The notes under the pieces were generated by a model. That model did no database searches. It had not been told where the DNA came from and saw only the letters and a program-made list of their open reading frames with translations. From NCBI GenBank assembly GCA_048939445.1, contig JBHLPN010000006.1, positions 1-33,723 of the forward strand: a stretch of DNA of 33,723 nt, in the 5' to 3' direction. This DNA comes from Promethearchaeota archaeon. Its GTDB lineage: Archaea > Asgardarchaeota > Lokiarchaeia > Sigyniarchaeales > SOKP01. Each line of letters begins with the position of its first letter. Positions within the stretch are counted from its first letter, which is position 1. This document shows, in pieces, positions 17,786-24,571 of this stretch. Both the position numbers and the translations under genes were made by a program.

Positions 17786-18991
17786 TTATCTTATCCTTAA
17801 AATACCCTTATAAATTAATACATAATTCTTTACACCTATAATCTTAGGATTTCTCCTATAACTTAAAGGGATAGGAGCATTACATCGAGAACAAAGACCA
17901 GAGGTTCTAAGCCAATCTTTAAATTCGTCTGCGTGAGCTGGATATCTGCAATTCGGACATAAAACTATTCCTCTGCCATTATCTCTAGGATATTCTGGTA
18001 ATTTGAAACAAAAAATACATTTAAAATCTTCTAACGACAAATTTGCAGCCTTTGGCCTATACAATTTTAAATTTATGCGCTTTACGGTGCTCTGACTCCT
18101 TCTAACTGGTTTAGTTGTTCTACTCGTGCGTGTAGTACGAGAAGTCGTTTTAACTCGAGAACTTTTGGATTGAACACGCCCAGTAGGCGTTGATCTTGAT
18201 GATTGAGAAATTGTTCTTGAAGTTCGAGTTTCTGTTCTAGTTGATGGTGTTGGAGATGATCTTGATCTAGTTGTAGTACGGGTACTTTGTCTCCTAGGAG
18301 TTGTATTTCTTGTTGGTGCTGTTAATTGGTTTAATCTCCTTGTACGTCTTGTTATGTAGTCTCTAGTTAATTGAGGTAATTGCGATCTAGTTCCAAATAA
18401 TCCAGGTACAATCAATATGAGTATAGTACTGATAAGTAATATCAAAAGATTAAGATCTATTAAAAAATGTAAAGGTATTAATAAAGTCCCATAGAAATCT
18501 ACAAGTGAATAAAAACTAATCCAATAAATAATTATGAAAAAAAGAATTGAGGTACTTAAAATATAACCAAAAATACGTGCTTTAACTGACTTTGTCCCAA
18601 AATAAATTACATTATATTTTTTAAAACAATAATATAAAGAAATTGAACCATATAATATATAGGGAAATCCGAATAGAAGACTCCACAAGCTTAAATATAA
18701 ACCTGTACCTTCCAGAAGATTTTCTCCTAATAAACCGGTAAAATTACCCCAAATTGAATAAAAAATTCCCATAAAAACAGGACCAATTGTAAAAAAAGCA
18801 GTATTGTGAGGAGAATTAAATTCACGATATTGTTTAATGTTTTTTATAACTTTAAAAGAAAATATCAACCAGATTCCAATTAATATCCAACTTACAAATA
18901 CATTGAAAGAATTTATAATAGCCCCATGGATTATACCAATTACCAAAAATATTGCCAATGTAATAACGACAGATTTAATTTTAGCCTTAAT
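17786..18991 (-). CDS. multi-pass membrane protein (~6 TM) with an S/T/R-rich linker and C-terminal RING-like zinc finger; putative E3 ligase (ORF-track start 18958, probable ATT start 18991)
   Basis: About six hydrophobic segments, then a low-complexity linker, then CxxC-x16-CxxC-x4-H-xx-E-xxx-W-x6-CxxC; last gene of the Ubl-E1-E2-JAMM run. Confidence 0.72.
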   Translation of the reverse strand: MKAKIKSVVITLAIFLVIGIIHGAIINSFNVFVSWILIGIWLIFSFKVIKNIKQYREFNSPHNTAFFTIGPVFMGIFYSIWGNFTGLLGENLLEGTGLYLSLWSLLFGFPYILYGSISLYYCFKKYNVIYFGTKSVKARIFGYILSTSILFFIIIYWISFYSLVDFYGTLLIPLHFLIDLNLLILLISTILILIVPGLFGTRSQLPQLTRDYITRRTRRLNQLTAPTRNTTPRRQSTRTTTRSRSSPTPSTRTETRTSRTISQSSRSTPTGRVQSKSSRVKTTSRTTRTSRTTKPVRRSQSTVKRINLKLYRPKAANLSLEDFKCIFCFKLPEYPRDNGRGIVLCPNCRYPAHADEFKDWLRTSGLCSRCNAPIPLSYRRNPKIIGVKNYVLIYKGILRIR

Positions 18992-19016
18992 TAAAACTCA
19001 CCCTGCTTCTTATGTT

Positions 19017-19829
19017 TTAATCTTCATCATATTCAAGGTATACTGCTTTCCCTTCTATTATAGGATTTATAAATTTTAAAATTTCCGGTAGCATTTGTAC
19101 ATCTAATGATCCTTTAATCCCATATACCAATGGATACCACGTTCTAGATTTAAAATCTGCCTTATATATTTCAAATCCAGTAGATTTACCATCAATTTGA
19201 TAAGGATCGATAACAAGGGCAACAGCTTTATCCCAAAGCTTTTGATATCTTGCTTGAGTTCCCATATCTTCATTAGACATAAAGCATCCATATGATGGGT
19301 GTGAATGATACCAACCACAAATGAATAATTTCTGTCTTTTGATATCTTTAAAGGCTTTCACATAATTTTTATAATCTTTGATTTCTGCATAAACTGCTGT
19401 GCCGTGCCCCATTGGATAAGAATCTTCAATATGTAGTATATTATTTTTATCTATTTTTCCTGCAAGAAGCCCTATGACCTCCACCCATCTTTCTCTTGGA
19501 ATCTTAGAATTAGCATATTTAAGTGCATGACTCGCTATTTTAAGAATCGCTTTTACTGAAATATAAATTTCTTTTTCTATTTCTTCTTCTTTGAAAATTT
19601 CCGCTTCTCTTTTTTCTACAATATTAGTTGTAGGTATCTTTGTAAGTTTTATAATTGGTTTAGCAGACGATTTTTTTGTAAGCATTGAAGAGATTTCTTC
19701 TGTTAATTCATCTTCTTCTAACTGAAGTTCTTCATATATTTCGTCTATTAATTCTTGCTTTATTTTTGCTTTTATCTTCCTTTTAATTACATCTTTAATT
19801 GAATTATTATTAACATCTTTATTTTCCAT
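19017..19829 (-). CDS. JAB1/MPN+ (JAMM) metalloisopeptidase, Rpn11/CSN5-like, with a charged N-terminal extension
   Basis: EVIGLL...GWYHSHPSYGCFMSNED.TQ..YQ...AVALVIDP is an intact JAMM motif. ATG 19829 follows a GGTGA that overlaps the E2 stop codon. Confidence 0.9.
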   Translation of the reverse strand: MENKDVNNNSIKDVIKRKIKAKIKQELIDEIYEELQLEEDELTEEISSMLTKKSSAKPIIKLTKIPTTNIVEKREAEIFKEEEIEKEIYISVKAILKIASHALKYANSKIPRERWVEVIGLLAGKIDKNNILHIEDSYPMGHGTAVYAEIKDYKNYVKAFKDIKRQKLFICGWYHSHPSYGCFMSNEDMGTQARYQKLWDKAVALVIDPYQIDGKSTGFEIYKADFKSRTWYPLVYGIKGSLDVQMLPEILKFINPIIEGKAVYLEYDED

Positions 19830-19836
19830 TAAGGAA

Positions 19837-20364
19837 TCACCATTTTTTATTTGCATATTTCTTAACAAGATTTTTAACTTTTTTCTCGAAAAATTTTGGA
19901 TTTTTCATCATTTCTATCGCTGCTTTTTTATTAAAAACATCAGTTGGATTTACATATTTACCACGTGTATTTAACATAGCAATTATTGCTTGAACAACAG
20001 TAACCGCTGTTTTTGAGGGACTCCATCCTCCTCGTTTACCGACTAATGAGGGATCTACTAATGCTAGACATATATTTCTCTGTCCCTTATATTCAGATGG
20101 TTTTGGCCAGAAATTTGGATGCCAAATTGGAGTATGCATTCTTACGAAAGGAGGTTGTTTGGGATATTGAGCAGGAAATCTCATTTCTAATCTAAAAAGA
20201 CCACCTGCATAAACAGTCCCTTTAGGTCCTTTAAAAGAGATTGCTAAATGATCAATACTTTTTCTTTTTGGATTAAATGGTTTTAATTGAACTATACTTC
20301 CCTCTTTAACCATCTTTTTTAATCCTGCAAAATCTCGGGAAATACGACTACTTCTTATACTCAT
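19837..20364 (-). CDS. ubiquitin-conjugating enzyme E2 (UBC fold)
   Basis: GPKGTVYAGGLF...FPAQYPKQPP...TPIWHPN...NIC (catalytic Cys)...WSP...NKKAA. Confidence 0.93.
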   Translation of the reverse strand: MSIRSSRISRDFAGLKKMVKEGSIVQLKPFNPKRKSIDHLAISFKGPKGTVYAGGLFRLEMRFPAQYPKQPPFVRMHTPIWHPNFWPKPSEYKGQRNICLALVDPSLVGKRGGWSPSKTAVTVVQAIIAMLNTRGKYVNPTDVFNKKAAIEMMKNPKFFEKKVKNLVKKYANKKW

Positions 20365-20444
20365 TTTCTCAACCCATTTTATTATCTTTAATTTTATATT
20401 GAAATTCTTTATTTAAATATTTGTTTTATTCTTATAATTTTTAT

Positions 20445-21704
20445 TTAAAACCTTTTCTGATTCAAATTTTGCTTTATTTTTAATGTTACAAAAATTTCTC
20501 CACCTTTAAACCCAGCAGCTGTCATAAGTTCGTAATTTCTTAAGTCATTTTCAATAGGATTCTTTTCTAAATCAACGATCTTTATATCATTGAAATCTTG
20601 TAAAGTGAGAATTGGCTCAGAATCTGGATCCATTTTATATCCATTTTTCTTTAGTATTTTAATTATATTCATGCAAGGTGATTGGGATCTCATTTTTATA
20701 GATACTCGTCGCACTTTTTTGCCGCATTGAGAACATTCTGAATTTCTATGCTTTTCAATATGATAAAATTTCATTGTAATTGCATTATAGATTACGTAAT
20801 TTCTTATAGGTTCGCCTAATCCTTTATGACCCTTTTTCCAATGAAGGATTTTTATTGTTTCATGTGATTGTAATGCTGAAATAACTGCGTTTATAGTAAT
20901 TATACCAGGATCGTGCCTATCAAGGATTTTAACAATATCATCTTCAGTATAATCAGGTAAGAAATTGTGTTTATATACTAGTTCATTAGCAATATCTTTG
21001 ATGAATTTAATATCATTAACGTTTTTTGGATTTGGATCTCTATTAAATTTTTCTTTAAATGCCATATCTCCTTTAAAAACGCAATGTATCCTTTTTCGAG
21101 GGATTCCTACCACTGTGCAAGCAGCCATCTCATCACTCTCTCCTACGGGTAACGGATTACATTCATAACAAGCATTTTTATAGGGAAATACTGTGTACAC
21201 ATGACCATGATAACCAGAAACTCCTCCGTCTACTAATGGTTTTTTAAATCTTATACACTGTGCGTTCAAGTTTAAACGTGCATTCATCGAATCAAGACCT
21301 CCAACAACAACATCAGCAGCTTGATATAATGCTGGATTCAATCGTTCTAAAGAAGTATAATATCCTTTAACAATAATATTTGGATTAATTTCCTTTAGTT
21401 TTCTGGCAGCAACAATCGCCTTTGGCTCTCCTATATTCGCTCCAGCAAAAAGAATTTGACGGTTCAAATTAGAATGTTCAATGATATCTAAATCAATAAG
21501 ATCTAAACGACCAACGCCAAGCATGGCTAAATTTTTAGCAATTTCGCAACCTAAACCTCCAACTCCAATTATTACTACTCTTGAGTTCTTTACTAATTTC
21601 TGAGACCAACCCTCCAAACGAAATTGACGGTCATACAAGTTTCTCTCTTCCACTGATAAATCTTTTGTAAAAAAATCTGAATCCTTATCCAATATTATCA
21701 CCAT
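20445..21704 (-). CDS. ubiquitin-like activating enzyme E1, Uba2/Uba3-type architecture
   Basis: YDRQ, GVGGLGCE, DLDIIEHSNLNRQ, CYEC, catalytic-Cys loop ACTVVGIPRKRIHC, PGIITINAVIS, CSQC, and an ~80-aa C-terminal extension (probable UFD). Alternative start TTG 21692. Confidence 0.92.
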   Translation of the reverse strand: MVIILDKDSDFFTKDLSVEERNLYDRQFRLEGWSQKLVKNSRVVIIGVGGLGCEIAKNLAMLGVGRLDLIDLDIIEHSNLNRQILFAGANIGEPKAIVAARKLKEINPNIIVKGYYTSLERLNPALYQAADVVVGGLDSMNARLNLNAQCIRFKKPLVDGGVSGYHGHVYTVFPYKNACYECNPLPVGESDEMAACTVVGIPRKRIHCVFKGDMAFKEKFNRDPNPKNVNDIKFIKDIANELVYKHNFLPDYTEDDIVKILDRHDPGIITINAVISALQSHETIKILHWKKGHKGLGEPIRNYVIYNAITMKFYHIEKHRNSECSQCGKKVRRVSIKMRSQSPCMNIIKILKKNGYKMDPDSEPILTLQDFNDIKIVDLEKNPIENDLRNYELMTAAGFKGGEIFVTLKIKQNLNQKRF

Positions 21705-21715
21705 AAATATTAATT

Positions 21716-21750
21716 AAAAAAATAAAAAAAAATAAAGGGCTTAACGCCCT
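21716..21750 (-). terminator. hairpin + U-tract between the Ubl and E1 genes
   Basis: Minus strand reads AGGGC-GTTAA-GCCCT followed by TTATTTTTTTTTATTTTTTT, starting 34 nt after the Ubl stop. Confidence 0.55.
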
Positions 21751-21783
21751 CATATTATAATTTATGAAGAAAGTTTTATAAGT

Positions 21784-22113
21784 CTACCCAGCAGTACTCG
21801 CAGGGATTAATAGAATATCGTCGCCATCTCTTATATCATAATCTCTCAAAGTACTGTTTTCATCCATCGTAACCCCTCCAGAAGAAATATGAAAATCATT
21901 AGGATCAAGTCCATATAGATTTCCTAATGTTTCTTTAATATCTCTTACATGATTGCTGTCATTTACAGTTAATTTTTCTTTCTTTTCACCAGGACCAATT
22001 GTTGACATGAAATATAAAGTCAATTTCTTTCCTGCTGAAGGAGTTTTACCTGCGGGAGTTTTAGATTTTAATGGTTCTCCACCTAATTCTTCATCAAATT
22101 CATCAAAACTCAT
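21784..22113 (-). CDS. ubiquitin-like modifier 1 (beta-grasp), C-terminus -TAG (single terminal Gly)
   Basis: VRDIKETL...GVTMDENSTLRDYDIRDGDDILLIP resembles ubiquitin (TLSDYNI); directly upstream of E1; GGAAGTGA precedes the ATG. Confidence 0.88.
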   Translation of the reverse strand: MSFDEFDEELGGEPLKSKTPAGKTPSAGKKLTLYFMSTIGPGEKKEKLTVNDSNHVRDIKETLGNLYGLDPNDFHISSGGVTMDENSTLRDYDIRDGDDILLIPASTAG

Positions 22114-22388
22114 TCACATCACTTCCTTTTTTTTTTTTTATTTTATTACTTTTAGATTTATTGGACCTATTAAAATGGCATTAAAAATGTATTATAAAAC
22201 CCTTTGGAATGATTTTGAAGTTTTTTATGTTCTCATCAAAAACAAAAAAGAGAAAATTTGGAATGTAAAGAAATTATATTATAAATTGTATGAATGCCTA
22301 TAAATATATATAAGATACTAAAAGTTGTTTTAGAGAGATTACATAATTATAGAAACTAAATTTTTCAACGTAATATAAGTATGGGCTC

Positions 22389-23060
22389 ATGAGTTCTCCG
22401 GATAATGCAGAATCTGTCGTTTTTAAATTAGTAGAAGAGTATTTAACAAAAAAAACTTTTTTCTCAATTAGAGAAATTATATCTTATATAAATAACAGGG
22501 TGAGATACAAACCTAGTATAAACGAGAATAGAATAGAGTTGATTTTAAAGGATTTAATTAAAAGCCGTGTGATTATTCCTGGAACTAGATTAATGAAAAA
22601 CAATATTGTTGAACATCCAAAAAGGAATGAGATTTATAATTATATTAAAAAGACTCCTTCAAATATCAATGAAATAATGAGAGCGCTTAACATTGGTAGT
22701 AATCAAGTTTTATGGCATTTATCATGTTTAGAAAAATTCCAGTTCATTAGATCAAAACAAATTAACAATCATAAAATTTTCTTCAAATTTGATTCTGATC
22801 CAAAATTTGACTCGTTATACTATTATTTAAAAAAAGAAATCGTTCAAAAAATAATTAATTTTATGGAAAAAGAAAATAAGGGATTTAAGATTACAGAAAT
22901 AACAACTGCTTTAAAAAAAAATCACAGCACTATTAAAAAATATTTAGATATTCTAAAAAATATGGAATTAATAAAAATTGAGAAAGAAAAAAATAGAAAG
23001 ATATTCAAATTAGATTTAGAAAAATATACTAGGGCTAGAAAATCAATTCAAGGTGTATGA
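22389..23060 (+). CDS. multi winged-helix transcriptional regulator
   Basis: RNEIYNYIKK..SNINEIMRALNIGSNQVLWHLSCLEK and ITEITTALKKNHSTIKKYLDILK wHTH patterns; divergent from the Ubl operon. Confidence 0.75.
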   Translation: MSSPDNAESVVFKLVEEYLTKKTFFSIREIISYINNRVRYKPSINENRIELILKDLIKSRVIIPGTRLMKNNIVEHPKRNEIYNYIKKTPSNINEIMRALNIGSNQVLWHLSCLEKFQFIRSKQINNHKIFFKFDSDPKFDSLYYYLKKEIVQKIINFMEKENKGFKITEITTALKKNHSTIKKYLDILKNMELIKIEKEKNRKIFKLDLEKYTRARKSIQGV

Positions 23061-23145
23061 AATGAAAAACTCCAATTTTATTCCAATCCCATTTAAATTT
23101 TAATATATATATTTTAAATTCAGAAAATAATCTAATCAAAAAATC

Positions 23146-23940
23146 ATGAGAAAAAATTCTAGAATTTTGAGTGTTATCACTCTTTACGTTATCTGTATTT
23201 TGTGTTATATGTTTTATTTCCTATTTCATATAGAAAATACTCCTCTATTTCTTGTTCTAACTATTGGGAGTGTTGCTGTTTTATCCACTAGTACAATTTA
23301 TACAGTTATACAGTCTAAAAGTAGTCTAGATAAGAAAATACAAAAAAAAAAATACATAACAAAACCAAAATCAATTCAAAAAGACACTATTAATATCCTT
23401 GAAGATTATATTGATGCTATGCCTTCAATAGAAGAATATATTGAGTCAGATGAATCCTATAAGGATATGCCAATAATTGATAAATATATTTTTTCAATAT
23501 TTAGCAAGGAAGAATTAGCTAAAATTGATCTCTTAGAATTACCAAAAATGGATAAGATATTATTTATCAGAGAAATGCTATATTACGATCCAAATGAAAG
23601 AAAGGATTTAATTGAAAATATGTTGAAAAACAAGGATAATATTAATGGTGAGATAATATATTCATCCCCTATAAGCTCAATTAAAATGGAAGACCAGATT
23701 CGAGTTTATGTAAGATCATTAGTTGAGCCTGGTGAGAAAACGAAAATAATCATTGTTGATACAACTGAATTAATTAGGATAATTAAGGAAAAAATAGCAA
23801 TATTATTTGATTATGAGTTAGAAGATTTTCTCTTATCTAGCGGAGGAATATTGTTAAAAGAGCATTCACTAATAGGAGAATATGATATCGATGATGATGA
23901 TGAAATTGCTTTAATCCCCTCAAGAAAAGAAAGAAAATAA
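23146..23940 (+). CDS. membrane-anchored protein (2 N-terminal TM) with a C-terminal ubiquitin-like domain paralogous to the free Ubls
   Basis: Two hydrophobic segments. The last ~80 aa align without gaps to Ubl1 (PGEK, IKE, DF, SSGG, YDI, LIP; 29/74 identical by hand count). Ends SRKERK with no Gly. Confidence 0.8.
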   Translation: MRKNSRILSVITLYVICILCYMFYFLFHIENTPLFLVLTIGSVAVLSTSTIYTVIQSKSSLDKKIQKKKYITKPKSIQKDTINILEDYIDAMPSIEEYIESDESYKDMPIIDKYIFSIFSKEELAKIDLLELPKMDKILFIREMLYYDPNERKDLIENMLKNKDNINGEIIYSSPISSIKMEDQIRVYVRSLVEPGEKTKIIIVDTTELIRIIKEKIAILFDYELEDFLLSSGGILLKEHSLIGEYDIDDDDEIALIPSRKERK

Positions 23941-23958
23941 AAAAAAGATCGTAATTTT

Positions 23959-24387
23959 TTAACCAGCTATACTTGCTGGAATTAGAAGTATGTCATCCCC
24001 ATCAGAAACATTAAAATCTCTTAATATACTATTTTCATCCATTGTTACACCACCAGACGATAAGTAAAAATCAGCAGGATCCAAACCAAACAAATTTGCT
24101 ACAGTTTCTTTAATCTCACCAACTAGATTGCCATCATTAATGGTTAATTTTTGTTTTTTCTCACCTGGGCCAATAGTAGACATGAAATATACTGAAATCT
24201 TTTTCCCTCCATGAATGATCTTTTTAGAAGGTGTTTTGGATTCAACTTCCTTCTTTTCTATCTCTGTAAAAGGTTCTTCGATATCTTCTTCCATGTCTTC
24301 TTCTATTTCTTCATCTAGATCTTCTAAATCTTCATCAAATTCTTGCTCATCAAATTCTTGCTCATCAAATTCATCATCAAAGCCCAT
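23959..24387 (-). CDS. ubiquitin-like modifier 2 with a long acidic N-terminal tail, C-terminus -IAG
   Basis: 61/82 identical to Ubl1 over the core by hand count; residues 1-50 are Asp/Glu-rich. Confidence 0.88.
   Translation of the reverse strand: MGFDDEFDEQEFDEQEFDEDLEDLDEEIEEDMEEDIEEPFTEIEKKEVESKTPSKKIIHGGKKISVYFMSTIGPGEKKQKLTINDGNLVGEIKETVANLFGLDPADFYLSSGGVTMDENSILRDFNVSDGDDILLIPASIAG
24332..24372. repeat. 15-bp coding tandem repeat (EFDEQ units) in the Ubl2 tail
   Basis: TCATCAAATTCTTGC twice plus a partial third copy. Confidence 0.75.
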
Positions 24388-24571
24388 AAAATAGACCCCA
24401 AAATATTAAATATTTTTATTTTAAATATAATTCTGATATTTTTTTTCTAAGATTATATGAAAATAATAGAAACTAAGCTATATAAATAGAATTAACAAAA
24501 AGATAAAGTTAATTATTTTAGTCAATATTCATATGAATTTATTAATGGAGGAAGTTAATGATTGAAACATT

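Noticed and set aside
20445-22113. MoeB/ThiF + MoaD/ThiS sulfur-carrier pair serving the cofactor cluster
   Set aside because: A true UBC-fold E2, JAMM and RING-like gene follow, the E1 has Uba2/3-like extra domains, and the Ubl lacks GG.
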